NCBI GenBank assembly: GCA_965199495.1 | Contig: CBDASK010000003.1 | Span: forward strand, 2,848,001 to 2,912,000 | DNA from: Abditibacterium sp. | GTDB lineage: Bacteria; Armatimonadota; Abditibacteriia; Abditibacteriales; Abditibacteriaceae | DNA: 64,000 bases | Direction: 5' to 3' | Part shown: piece by piece, positions 27,957-37,730 of the stretch | Numbering within the stretch: the first letter of the stretch is position 1 | Layout of the letters: every line of letters starts with the position of its first letter | The notes under the pieces: generated by a model | Seen by the model: the letters and a program-made list of their open reading frames with translations, nothing else | Database searches by the model: none | What the model was told of the DNA's origin: nothing | Made by a program: the position numbers and the translations under genes

Positions 27957-28936
27957 TTCTTCTCCGCTTTCGGTTCCTCGTCCGGCGCCTTGGCAGGCGC
28001 AACTGGCGTCGTCTCGGCTTTTGGTTTCTCCGCCGGAATCACCGGTGGTTTGCCGGTGGGCACGCCGGGTTTGGGCAAAAATTTCTCGATGTCGGGCGGC
28101 GGTTTGGGCAAGGGAATATCGCCAATGGTCGCGGGTTCAGGAAACGATTCGACGGTTTTGGGCGTAGGCGGATTTTTCGGATCGGCGGCGTTGTTGACGG
28201 GGCCAGTCACGCGCCCGCCGTTGTCTACTTGCACGTTGCCGCTGTCTATGAATAGCAACAATTCGTTGGCGAAAAATTGGCGCTTTTCGGCGTTTCCAAA
28301 GCGCACATCGCCCAACAGGCGCGCGGCGTTTTTGGTTTCGTCGTAGATAATCTGATTGCAGGTTCCAACGCCATCGCCCTGCACGATACGAATGTGGCCG
28401 ACCAAAATCGCTTGGCGCGTATCGTAGTTCCAATCCAGACGGTCGCACGCGATGCGCACCGGCTGGCGCTTTTGCTCCGAACGCCGTTTGGCGGCGGCAT
28501 CGGGAGCCACGCCGTCGTTCTCGCCATAAGACGAAACCACGACATCGTCGGTGACCGAGAAAACTTTGGTTACAAAATTGGCGAACAGATTTTTGCCGCG
28601 AATGGTGGATTCGCGCGTTTCAATGCGCAAATTGTCGGTCGCCGTGGCTGTTTTGATCTCGCCATCCGTATTACCTTGACCATCGTCGCGAAAAGAGTTG
28701 GCTTTTTGCGCGTAGAGAATGAAATCTTCGCCCTTCTGCGTCGCCGTCACGTCGCCGGTATAAACGCCGATGCCTTTGGCGTCATTGAAGTTTGCTTGTA
28801 AAGCGCCAAATTCGACGGTGCCATCGGGTAGTGGCGCATTAGCTTCCGTCGCGGTCGGCGGCGCGGCGGGCGTTTGTTGCGCGCGTGCGGCGACGGAGGC
28901 GCAGAAAAGAGCGAGGGCGAGAATCGGAAGTTTCAT
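27953..28936 (-). CDS. LptA/OstA-family beta-jellyroll periplasmic protein
   Basis: Signal peptide MKLPILALALFCASVAARA; YTGDVTATQ, IACDRLDWN, LLGDVRF; paralogue of the C-terminal half of the upstream gene. Confidence 0.8.
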   Translation of the reverse strand: MKLPILALALFCASVAARAQQTPAAPPTATEANAPLPDGTVEFGALQANFNDAKGIGVYTGDVTATQKGEDFILYAQKANSFRDDGQGNTDGEIKTATATDNLRIETRESTIRGKNLFANFVTKVFSVTDDVVVSSYGENDGVAPDAAAKRRSEQKRQPVRIACDRLDWNYDTRQAILVGHIRIVQGDGVGTCNQIIYDETKNAARLLGDVRFGNAEKRQFFANELLLFIDSGNVQVDNGGRVTGPVNNAADPKNPPTPKTVESFPEPATIGDIPLPKPPPDIEKFLPKPGVPTGKPPVIPAEKPKAETTPVAPAKAPDEEPKAEKK

Positions 28937-28947
28937 GGCGATTGGTG

Positions 28948-29041
28948 GCGATGGGAGCGGGGCTGACACACTCTTCCAATCTTGCATGCTTTGGAAGAAT
29001 CCGCGCTGATTGGAAGGGTGCGTCAGCCCCGCTCCCATCGC
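28948..29041. repeat. REP doublet, family C
   Basis: gcgatgggagcggggctgac...gtcagccccgctcccatcgc. Confidence 0.9.
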
Positions 29042-29066
29042 ACCCCACTTTTTCTTTGAGACAAAA

Positions 29067-30791
29067 TCACTCAGCCTTTTCGCTTTTCTCCTCGACCTTT
29101 TTATCAACTTTCTCCGCCAACGGCGGAAGCGACGGCTTTTCCCGCACGAACGGTTTCAATGCCGGCACCAGCGATGCAATCGGCGGCGGCGCTTTTGGCA
29201 GCGCGATATTGCCGGTATTCAGATTATCCGCGCCTGGAAAAACAACGGGCGGCGCGGGTTTAACCGTCGGATTTTTCGCGTTGGCGGCGGGCGAATCCAA
29301 GCCGCTACGAATCGTGATATTAGGCGCGCTCACCAAGCCTTTGTCCACGAAAACGGTGACTTCGTTGCCTACGAATTGCTGGCGTTTCGCGTTGCCAAAG
29401 CGCACGCTGCCGCGTAAATAAACGATATTTTTCGGCTCGTCGTAGATAATTGTGTCGCAGGTGCCGGAATTATCGGCTTGCACGATGCGCAGATTGCCAA
29501 CTAAAGTCGCTTGACGCGTGACGTAATTCCAATCCAAACGGTTGCACGCGATGCGCACCGGTTTGCGCGCGACGCTCGAACGAAAACCGCTCATGCCATC
29601 GCCTTTGTCGTAGGCCGAAATCACGACGTTGCCCGAAATCGAGAGCAATTTTTTGTTGAAATCGCCAAACAGATCGGCGCCGCGAATCGTCGAATTGCGC
29701 GTTGTCACTTTCAAATCGCCCTTGGCGCTCGCCTGACTTTTCGGCTCGCTATAAATCACATCGCTGGCCGAGAGCGAAAACTCTTTGCCGACTTCTTTAA
29801 TCGTGACGCCGCCATTCAAAACGCTGACGCCGTTGGCATCGGTATACGACGAACGCGCGGCGTTAATCACCACGTTGCCCGGCGTTTTGACCGAGGGCGC
29901 GGGGGCAGCCACGGCGGGCGGCGCAATCGGCGCTTGAACCAACAATGCGGCGGGCGCCGTGGCTGCTAACGCGAGGGCGGGCAACAAACGAGGGCGGAAC
30001 ATAGTATTAGGACGCGAATCAGACGAAAAAACGGTGGGCTTTACGCCGACATTTGATTTATCGGTGACAAAGGGTCGCGGCACTTGAACGACGCCCGGAA
30101 CGAAGATAAGTTCGACATCGCGCCCAAAATTGACCTGACGCGTGTTGATGTTGGCCGTCATCTGCGCGCCTCGCAAGACGCCGCCTTTGACGCGCACTTC
30201 GACCGGGCCGGGGCTTTGCAAATCGCCCTTTTCCCATTGGTAACTCAGGTTGGGCGCCGCGAATTCCATGTCGCGCAGATGCGCCTTCACGGAGCCGGGA
30301 ATTTCGACTAATTTTTTGAAATCGAGCCAACGGGCTTGTGGCGTCTCAAACGAAAAATTCTCCGGGCCGCTCGCGTGGACGCCGCCCACGGCATCGAGAT
30401 TTTTCGACAGATTAGAATAGCGCACGCGCGGCGCTGTCATCACAATCCACGGATTGCCGTCGCGAAACAAGACGGCTTTCGAGACTTTGAGCGCCAGCCA
30501 CGCATCGCCGTTGTCCACGACGCGCGCGCTGTCGGCGGCGACTTCCCAGTGTTTTTGGCCGTCGTCGCGCCGCACCAAAAACGATTTCAAACCCTCGATA
30601 ACGAGCGGCGACGACGTGTCGCCCGCGTTTTGCTCGGCGGGCGATTCGGTCGTGACCCAGTTCCACAAACTCACCGCGCCCCAACTCGCCAGTGCCAAAA
30701 CTACAACGCGGCCAATTCGGGAGCGCAGAAACACGCGTAGCGCCCCCGAAAGAGATTCGAGGGCGCTACGCAAAGTTTGGCGTGTCGGCAT
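29067..30791 (-). CDS. LptC-like + LptA-like fusion protein
   Basis: TM anchor, GQKHWEVAADSA (LptC-like), then an internal signal-peptide-like segment and an LptA-like domain. Confidence 0.75.
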   Translation of the reverse strand: MPTRQTLRSALESLSGALRVFLRSRIGRVVVLALASWGAVSLWNWVTTESPAEQNAGDTSSPLVIEGLKSFLVRRDDGQKHWEVAADSARVVDNGDAWLALKVSKAVLFRDGNPWIVMTAPRVRYSNLSKNLDAVGGVHASGPENFSFETPQARWLDFKKLVEIPGSVKAHLRDMEFAAPNLSYQWEKGDLQSPGPVEVRVKGGVLRGAQMTANINTRQVNFGRDVELIFVPGVVQVPRPFVTDKSNVGVKPTVFSSDSRPNTMFRPRLLPALALAATAPAALLVQAPIAPPAVAAPAPSVKTPGNVVINAARSSYTDANGVSVLNGGVTIKEVGKEFSLSASDVIYSEPKSQASAKGDLKVTTRNSTIRGADLFGDFNKKLLSISGNVVISAYDKGDGMSGFRSSVARKPVRIACNRLDWNYVTRQATLVGNLRIVQADNSGTCDTIIYDEPKNIVYLRGSVRFGNAKRQQFVGNEVTVFVDKGLVSAPNITIRSGLDSPAANAKNPTVKPAPPVVFPGADNLNTGNIALPKAPPPIASLVPALKPFVREKPSLPPLAEKVDKKVEEKSEKAE

Positions 30792-30882
30792 TAGGGTCGT
30801 TGTGAGCCACGCCCGCAATGGTTAGCGTTGAGTGCGGTTAAGGGTGGCAAATGTTACATTGACGCCGGGAACGGCCCCTTCA

Positions 30883-31731
30883 TTAAGCACCGGGAAGGGT
30901 TGCGGTGGGAGTGGGAGTGTTCGTTGCTATCGGCGTTTTCAGCGGAACCGGGATGACGCCATTCAAGTTGGCGCACACGTTGACACCCGTCAGCGCATTG
31001 ACGCCGGGCGTGAAAGTCGTGGTCGAGCTAATGCCAGCGACGGGCGCGCCCTGATTGCCAGCCGGACTGACTTCCACGCGGAAGGTGCCCTGAGCGGGCA
31101 GCACCGGAATAGAGATGGTGTATTGTCCGGGCACGGTGCTGCCAGCGCCCTGCAAAGGCCGCGTGATCTGGGCGACGATGGGCGCACCAGAAATGTCGCT
31201 CAAGTCGCGCACCGAAATCAGCGCGGCGCCGGTATAAGGTTGCGACGTGGCTGTGCAACTGGTGTTGGCGGCGCTGCCGGGATTGATGAAAATTGTGCCG
31301 CTCAGATTATAAATGCCGTTGCCAGCGTCGCCCTGCACCAGCACGAAGTTTTGCGCGCCCGCTTTGGTCACAACCACTTGACGCGTCGTCGAACCCAGCG
31401 CGGCGCCGTTGTTGCCAAACGCGGTGTAGGTCGCGGTATAAGTGCCGGGCGCGGCGCCGGGGATAACGACCACGCCGTTGTTGTCGGCGGTTCCGGTGAG
31501 GGTTGTGCCATTTCCAGTCAAAGTCACCGTGCCGCCGCGCGAGGCCGAGCCATCGGGCAACACGATACGGAAAGTCGCGCCGACGGGAACGGGCGTGGGA
31601 GCCGTAGTCAGTCCGGCGCCGCCGCCGCCGCCACAACCGGCGAGGTTCACGGTGAGAAATCCACCAAAGACCAGCAACGTGCCGCCCGCGCACAGCGTGG
31701 AGGCTTTCAGTTTCAAAGATTGAAGATTCAT
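30883..31731 (-). CDS. Lipoprotein with carboxypeptidase-regulatory-like/Ig-like domains
   Basis: Lipobox LAGC; TGTADNNGVVVIPGAAPGTYT. Confidence 0.75.
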   Translation of the reverse strand: MNLQSLKLKASTLCAGGTLLVFGGFLTVNLAGCGGGGGAGLTTAPTPVPVGATFRIVLPDGSASRGGTVTLTGNGTTLTGTADNNGVVVIPGAAPGTYTATYTAFGNNGAALGSTTRQVVVTKAGAQNFVLVQGDAGNGIYNLSGTIFINPGSAANTSCTATSQPYTGAALISVRDLSDISGAPIVAQITRPLQGAGSTVPGQYTISIPVLPAQGTFRVEVSPAGNQGAPVAGISSTTTFTPGVNALTGVNVCANLNGVIPVPLKTPIATNTPTPTATLPGA

Positions 31732-31875
31732 GGGAAATTGCGAATGGAAAACCGACCGCGCCAGCGCGCGACCTCTAAAATAACCGTTCAACGTGTGGCT
31801 CAGACATTAGACCAACGGTTTGAGCCACCAAAAATTGACCTCGCCAGTTTAAGCGATTCGGCGAAGCCGTGTCAT

Positions 31876-32283
31876 CTACCCAAATGTTGGCGGTGCTGGT
31901 GGCTCTCCGCCGGGCGTCGTCCCCACGGTTGGATCAATGGCAATTTGAACCATAGTTGTGCCGATAGTTGCGACAAAATTTTGATTGTAAGTTTTGCCGT
32001 TCACTTCGGCAGTCGCCGTGAGCGCGCCGATTTTCACGTTGGCAAAATTCGCGACGCCGCCCGTCGTGGCACGCCGTTGCCCGTCAACGGTAACGATGCC
32101 ATCCACGACTGCGCCCGCCGAATCGCGCAGTTGAACCGTCACGTTGGCTTTGGTCACGACAACCGGCGTCGGCGTGGGAACCAAACTGCCTGGGCCAGAC
32201 GATGAGCCACCGCCACAGCCCGCCAGCGCAAGCGCGCCGATGAATGCAGCCACGGCGAGGAGATGAGGAGTTGATATTTTCAT
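31876..32283 (-). CDS. Small lipoprotein
   Basis: Lipobox LAGC followed by GGGSSSG and a beta-rich domain. Confidence 0.75.
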   Translation of the reverse strand: MKISTPHLLAVAAFIGALALAGCGGGSSSGPGSLVPTPTPVVVTKANVTVQLRDSAGAVVDGIVTVDGQRRATTGGVANFANVKIGALTATAEVNGKTYNQNFVATIGTTMVQIAIDPTVGTTPGGEPPAPPTFG

Positions 32284-32333
32284 GATTTGAAGTTTTAGAT
32301 TTAATTCAAGCGGAAAAGCGGGGCTGACGCACA

Positions 32334-32559
32334 GGGCGAAAGCATTATAAATTGAGCGTGAAAAGTTGAGTTGTCACTCCGAGAGTAAGGAGCTTGCGAC
32401 TGGAACCGAGGAATCTGTCGCTCTCGCGGCAGCGAAAGTAAGAACCTCTTCCGATTTCCGCTGGCGCGGGGCCGTAAGATTCCTCGGTTCCAGTCGCAAG
32501 CTCCTTACTCTCGGAATGACAACTCAACTTTTCACGCTCAATTTATAATGCTTTCGCCC
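32334..32559. repeat. Long palindromic element, family A (~80-bp arms)
   Basis: gggcgaaagcattataaattgagcg...gtcactccgag...gaggaatct / near-exact reverse complement. Confidence 0.9.
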
Positions 32560-32608
32560 CGCTTGCCTAATGCGTTGTCAGAACGAACTATCTGCGTCGA
32601 ACATGAAC

Positions 32609-35600
32609 TTACGAATTGCCCGCCGAGGGCGCCTTCGTCAAAGCGCTCGCCGCGCTACTCGGCGTCACCGAGATCGCGATAGTCGCGGGCGCCGACGGAC
32701 GGCCCTGCGCGTCAATGGCGACATAGCGCACGTTTTCCACGCCCGTCCAACCGGCGCGACTGCGATAGAACATTTTCCAGGCGCCGTCGGAATCAAGGCG
32801 CAGTTCGCCGGTTCCGTTGGTCGGGCCGCCGACGCGCTTGAAAGTCAACTCGTCGCCATCGGCGTCGGAGCCGCTCACGGGAACAGCGATTTCGACGCCC
32901 GAAGCGGCAGTGGCGCTGACATCGCCCGCGACGGGCGGACGATTACGCACGTAAATCGTGATCGTCGCGATGTTCGATTGCGCGCCCTGCGCGTCAATCG
33001 CCACGAACTGCACGCTGTCGGCGCCGCCGTCGGGTTGTCGCAAGTTTTGCACGCGCAGTTTCCATTGCCCATCGGCGGCATCAAGCGCGATTTCGCTGGA
33101 GCCAAACTTCGCGGGCGTCACCATGCGAAACGAGAGCGCGTCGCCATCGGCATCGCTGGCCATCAAAGTTTTGCTGACAATTTCGCCGCGCACGCTCGCG
33201 ACCGAACTGCTGATCGCGACCGGCGCGCGGTTGCCGGGTTTGTCGGCGCCGACGCTGATTTTAATTTTCGCCGTCTGCGAGCGTCCGCCGAAACTATCGA
33301 ACGCGAGTACGTCCACTTCATCGTCGCCGGTCGCGCCTTTGTAAGGGGTGTAAAACAGTTTCCAAACGCCGTCTTCGCGGCGCACATCGGCCAAGCCGCG
33401 TTGGGGGCTGTTGGAACGATTGATGCGCAATTCGTCGCCATCGGCGTCGCTGGCAAACAGCGCGACCGAGGCGGTTTGCCCGCTCTGCACGCGCAAATTG
33501 CCGTCGGCCACCAATGGGGCGCTATTGGCGATGACGGTCGAGGCCGTGCCGCTGGCGATGTTTCCGGCCTCATCGCTCGCGGTCACTTCGACCGAAATCG
33601 TATCGCCCCGGTCGCCGTTGCCCGGCTGGCTCAAATCGAGCGTCGCGCCGTCGTTATCCAAAATGCGGCGCCCGTTGCGCCAGACATACGAATAAGTCAG
33701 CGCCGCATCGGGCGCGAAACCACTGGCGTTGGGCGTCACGGTCAGCGCATCGCGGGTGCGCGCTGGATCGGGCGTAAGTGTCGGCTCGACTTTGCCCAAA
33801 CCGGCGCTTTCGAGTGCCACAATCGTCAGGCGGCGCGGCGTGCCATCGGAAACGAATTGATATTGCCCGCCGCTTTTCATCGCGGTCGAGGCGCCGGTGA
33901 CGGTATCGAGCAAGCTCAAGCGCAAGTTGCGCATCGAAGCGTCGAATTTGTCCCATTGCAGCGTGACTGTTTCGCCGGGCGCCGTGCCATCCACAATCGC
34001 CGACCAACTGGCGGTTTTGGTTTGCGTCAACTGCGCTTGCGTCGCATAAGATTCGGCCAATCCACTACCCGCCGCGCTCGCGCCGTTGGCGTCGGCGCCC
34101 TCGAATCGCAGCGAAACCACGCGCGCCGCCGCCGGAGGCTTGGCGATATTGGGCGCGTCCGAAACGCCGAAACGCCCAGCGATGTCGCGAGTATTCTTGC
34201 CGCTCGCGGTCAAATTCAGGCTCCAACCGCTCGTTTTGGTCAGCGCACTGGTGCGCGCGTTCGCCGTGGCTGCTGTTGTCGGGTCGAAGACCAGAGCCAC
34301 GCCGCGCTCTGGCCCGGCGAAAATGAAATAGCCCTCAAACGGATTCAATTTTCCATCGCCAACATCGGCGCGCACATAACCGCCTTCGGGCAGCCAGCGC
34401 CAGAGGCCGGGCGCGACCCAACCGCGACTTTGCGCCGTCGCCAGCGAAACCGGCGCGAACCCGCCGTTGCGCACCTGAATCGCCGAAGCCGCCATCGTGC
34501 GGTTAAACGGCACGCCGATCTGGTTCCAGCCACCAATGAGCGGCACTTCGGTGGCTTTGTCGGCGGGCGGCGGGCTGGCCTGCACTTGCGTCGAGTAACC
34601 GCTCGCATCCACGCCCAACCAGTAGCCACGCCCCGGCGCAAGGGGCGCCGAAATGTTGGGATAAATCTCGTAACTGCCCGCGCCGATGCCAAACACCAGC
34701 GAACCGTTTTGCAAAGTCGCGGGCGATAAATTGGGCCGGTAGCGCGCCAGTTTCAACGCGTCGGGCGCCAAATTGAGCGCCGCCGCTTCGTCGGTTTTAA
34801 TCGGGAAACCGGGTAAGGAAACCATGCGAAGCTGGCTTTGCCCGGCGGGCGCCGTGAAGTTCAGCGTCTGCAAACTCGACGGCACCTGCAACAAAAACCC
34901 AACCGAGCGCGCCGAATTGCCGGGCGCCAGAAACGCCGTATTGCGACGCAAAGTTACGCCACCAAAAGTAAACGCGGTTTGCACGCGCGGCCCCGACGAA
35001 TAGGGCGCCGAAGCCTCCCAGACGCCGCGCGTCACCGGCACATTTTGGGTCGCGCTACCGCTCAGTTGCAAAAGCCCGTTTTGCCCGCCCAACGTGCCGC
35101 CATAAAAACTCGAAGTCGAGTTGACGTTGCCGACGACGCCCGCCGGAAAATAGCTCGTCGCCTCGGCCTGTCCGTAGCGGGCCTTGACAGTCAAAAGCGC
35201 GCGGTCGGGCGTGCCGAGCGAGCTAAAGCCCGCGCCAAAACGCGCCTCGCCGGGAAACTGCGGGTCGGCGCCGAAATTCAACACGTTATTTTGCAACAAC
35301 TCCACCGACAAATTGGAAACGTCGCGCCCGGTTTCATCGAAAACCGCCACGCTGCCCAAGCCGCCCGATGCGGTCTCGCTGCCCGCGTTATCGGTCGCAA
35401 ACGCTTGCGCGAAACCGCTAAAACCCGGACGCGTATCGCCGGTTGCGGGCGCGGGCGAAGGCAAAAGCGCCAAATACAATTTCTGGCCGCTCGTCACGTT
35501 GGAATCGAGCGCGTATTGCGCGCGCACCCAATCGCTGAACGAACGTCCCTCGACAGTCGGGACAACGCCCGCAGCCAAACCCTGCAACTCGGACACGGAA

Positions 35601-36481
35601 ATCGCCGTGCCCGCCGCGCCGCGCCCGTAGAGCGCGGCGTTGAACTGCGCCAAAAAGTTGGGGTTTTCGACCGACATTTTCAAGAACGCGGCCTGCGCCA
35701 TCGCCAGTCGAAACGCCGAAATCGCCAGATCGGAACCGCTACGCGGATAGATATAGGCGTTGCTGAGTTCGGGCCGATTGAGAAAATCGTAGACCGGCAA
35801 AACGTAGCCGCCCAGCGCCGACGGATTGAAATTAGCGGGCGAACCCTGCGCCTGATAAGCGACCAAAATCGCGCCCGCATCGGCCATGCCGTAGAGCCAC
35901 GGCTCGACGTAGTCGCCCGCCAAAAAGTTAAAGGCGGGTACGCGCGGCCCCTGAAAAGCGATCAGCGCCAGCCGCGTGAAATTGTAGGTATTGACATCGT
36001 TGTTGCGACCACCATCGAAGCCAAAAATAATGGTGCCGCCCGTCGCTCCCCCGACTTTGGGCGGAATATAAGCCGAGGTGCCCGCCTCGAATTGCACCGT
36101 TACAGTTTTGCCCGCCTGTTCGGGCGCCGGAGCGCCATAAACCGCCACCATGCGACTGTAATTGGCGTTGAGAAAACTCTGCAAAACGGTCTGCTGCGCC
36201 GCCGTATAGCCGGTGAACGAAAATTTGAGTGGCCCGGTCAAATTCTGCGTAGAAGACGACAACGCGCCCGCCGCCACACGATTCAAACTCGCTTGCGGCG
36301 GCTTGACGACGACTTTGGTCAAAGACGCGCCGGGGCCGAGCAAGCCCATGCTGCGAAACAGCGAAGACGAGCGGTTTTGCTGGCTCGTGATCTGGTTTTG
36401 CGCGCGCGCGGACAAAGTTCCCGTGGCGGTGGCTCCTGAGAGCGCGAGCAGCAGACAAAGCGAGGTGAGGCGAGAGTTCAT
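32609..36481 (-). CDS. Large secreted/surface protein with three C-terminal cadherin/Big-9-like Ig repeats
   Basis: Signal peptide; repeats NxAP...ASDADGDxL...GxWKL. Confidence 0.8.
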   Translation of the reverse strand: MNSRLTSLCLLLALSGATATGTLSARAQNQITSQQNRSSSLFRSMGLLGPGASLTKVVVKPPQASLNRVAAGALSSSTQNLTGPLKFSFTGYTAAQQTVLQSFLNANYSRMVAVYGAPAPEQAGKTVTVQFEAGTSAYIPPKVGGATGGTIIFGFDGGRNNDVNTYNFTRLALIAFQGPRVPAFNFLAGDYVEPWLYGMADAGAILVAYQAQGSPANFNPSALGGYVLPVYDFLNRPELSNAYIYPRSGSDLAISAFRLAMAQAAFLKMSVENPNFLAQFNAALYGRGAAGTAISVSELQGLAAGVVPTVEGRSFSDWVRAQYALDSNVTSGQKLYLALLPSPAPATGDTRPGFSGFAQAFATDNAGSETASGGLGSVAVFDETGRDVSNLSVELLQNNVLNFGADPQFPGEARFGAGFSSLGTPDRALLTVKARYGQAEATSYFPAGVVGNVNSTSSFYGGTLGGQNGLLQLSGSATQNVPVTRGVWEASAPYSSGPRVQTAFTFGGVTLRRNTAFLAPGNSARSVGFLLQVPSSLQTLNFTAPAGQSQLRMVSLPGFPIKTDEAAALNLAPDALKLARYRPNLSPATLQNGSLVFGIGAGSYEIYPNISAPLAPGRGYWLGVDASGYSTQVQASPPPADKATEVPLIGGWNQIGVPFNRTMAASAIQVRNGGFAPVSLATAQSRGWVAPGLWRWLPEGGYVRADVGDGKLNPFEGYFIFAGPERGVALVFDPTTAATANARTSALTKTSGWSLNLTASGKNTRDIAGRFGVSDAPNIAKPPAAARVVSLRFEGADANGASAAGSGLAESYATQAQLTQTKTASWSAIVDGTAPGETVTLQWDKFDASMRNLRLSLLDTVTGASTAMKSGGQYQFVSDGTPRRLTIVALESAGLGKVEPTLTPDPARTRDALTVTPNASGFAPDAALTYSYVWRNGRRILDNDGATLDLSQPGNGDRGDTISVEVTASDEAGNIASGTASTVIANSAPLVADGNLRVQSGQTASVALFASDADGDELRINRSNSPQRGLADVRREDGVWKLFYTPYKGATGDDEVDVLAFDSFGGRSQTAKIKISVGADKPGNRAPVAISSSVASVRGEIVSKTLMASDADGDALSFRMVTPAKFGSSEIALDAADGQWKLRVQNLRQPDGGADSVQFVAIDAQGAQSNIATITIYVRNRPPVAGDVSATAASGVEIAVPVSGSDADGDELTFKRVGGPTNGTGELRLDSDGAWKMFYRSRAGWTGVENVRYVAIDAQGRPSAPATIAISVTPSSAASALTKAPSAGNS

Positions 36482-36547
36482 AAAGAAAAGTGCGCAATTT
36501 CGACTGCGCGCGGCGAGAAAAGTTACAGCAAAGGCGCCGTTAATTTT

Positions 36548-37048
36548 TCAGTTAAAGACCAACATTTTGGGCGGACGCACGGCCCAACGCACCAGCCACA
36601 GCGCGGGCCAAATCGCGAGGGCGTGCAGCAACATCGAGGCGGGCGTGTGCGCGCTCCAGTATTCCAAATTCCACTCGCTCGGAGAAAAGAGCAGATAGAG
36701 TCCGTCGGCCAAAAGCGCCGATAGCGCGGCCAAAACCGGCGGCACGAACGGATTGGAGCGGCCCCAACGCGGCGCGATCCAACCGGCCACAACGCACGGC
36801 ACCAAACGCGAAACCAACAGCGAACCGGGATGCAGCATCGCCGCCAGCCCCGCCAGATAGCCCGCGCCCGCCCCGGCCAAAGCGCCGCGCGCGGCGCCGC
36901 CTTCGATGGCGACGCACAGCGCTACCAGAAACGCCGCGTCCAATTGGGCGCCGCCCAGATGAACCGACAACAATCTGCTCGTTTGCAGTGCGTAGGCCAG
37001 AATGAGGAGCGGCGCGGCGCGCCAGAAGCGGCCTTCTTGGGTCAACAC
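36548..37048 (-). CDS. mreD: Rod shape-determining protein MreD
   Basis: Hydrophobic, LQTS...GAQLD...GALAGAGAG; downstream of mreBC. Confidence 0.7.
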   Translation of the reverse strand: MLTQEGRFWRAAPLLILAYALQTSRLLSVHLGGAQLDAAFLVALCVAIEGGAARGALAGAGAGYLAGLAAMLHPGSLLVSRLVPCVVAGWIAPRWGRSNPFVPPVLAALSALLADGLYLLFSPSEWNLEYWSAHTPASMLLHALAIWPALWLVRWAVRPPKMLVFN

Positions 37049-37054
37049 AAGGGG

Positions 37055-37087
37055 AAAGGATAAAGGATGAGGGATGAAGGATAAAGG
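37055..37087. repeat. Heptamer tandem array (GGATAAA/GGATGAG type)
   Basis: aaggataaa ggatgag ggatgaa ggataaa gg. Confidence 0.65.
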
Positions 37088-37109
37088 CCGAAACTGTAAA
37101 ATAATGGGG

Positions 37110-37604
37110 ATGAACCGTTGTTATTTTGCCGCGCTCGGACTTTTAATCGCTGGATGCGCGCGACCTCAAGCGCCCGCCGTGGCTGTTGCGCCGACGGCAA
37201 AGCCAGTTCCAACCGCGACGCCGATGACGGTTGCGGTGCCCGCGATGCCAATTCAGGTCACGCCGACACCCGATTCCGCAGAGGCCGCAAGACAAGCCGT
37301 TGTATTGCGCGAATTGGCGCGCTTGCGCACGGCCTCACCCGACCAAGATTTCGCGACCGCGTGGGCAAACAAAGATACGCGATTTATCGGCGTAAATGGT
37401 TTTTCCTTGAATTTGCCCGGCGTGCCAAAAGAAAGAATCCGCGCGGCAATCATGCGCGGCCAAGTCAATCCCGTCGAAGGCACAGGCGATGCTATGGACT
37501 CAGCAGGAGTGGAATTATATGAGGTCGCCACCAAATATGCGACGCGTTACAATCAGCTTTTGCTACAAAAATTGGACGAGCAGAAAAACATTAAAGTGGA
37601 TTAA
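37110..37604 (+). CDS. Hypothetical lipoprotein
   Basis: MNRCYFAALGLLIAGC lipobox; Pro/Thr linker; C-terminal YATRYNQLL. Confidence 0.7.
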   Translation: MNRCYFAALGLLIAGCARPQAPAVAVAPTAKPVPTATPMTVAVPAMPIQVTPTPDSAEAARQAVVLRELARLRTASPDQDFATAWANKDTRFIGVNGFSLNLPGVPKERIRAAIMRGQVNPVEGTGDAMDSAGVELYEVATKYATRYNQLLLQKLDEQKNIKVD

Positions 37605-37633
37605 TACAAACTTGAAGCGGGCGCTTCGCTTCG

Positions 37634-37709
37634 AGCGGGGCTGACGCACCCTTCCAATCGGCGGAGTTCGTCGAAAGCACAGAGATTGGAAGGGTGCGTC
37701 AGCCCCGCT
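37634..37709. repeat. REP doublet, family C
   Basis: agcggggctgacgcacccttccaatc...gattggaagggtgcgtcagccccgct. Confidence 0.9.
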
Positions 37710-37730
37710 GTTGAAATTGCCACAAATCTA

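Noticed and set aside
32345..32548. Pairs of short ORFs with identical N-termini on opposite strands (also 253-651/756-974 and 38586-38969)
   Set aside because: Artefacts of palindromic repeat arms.
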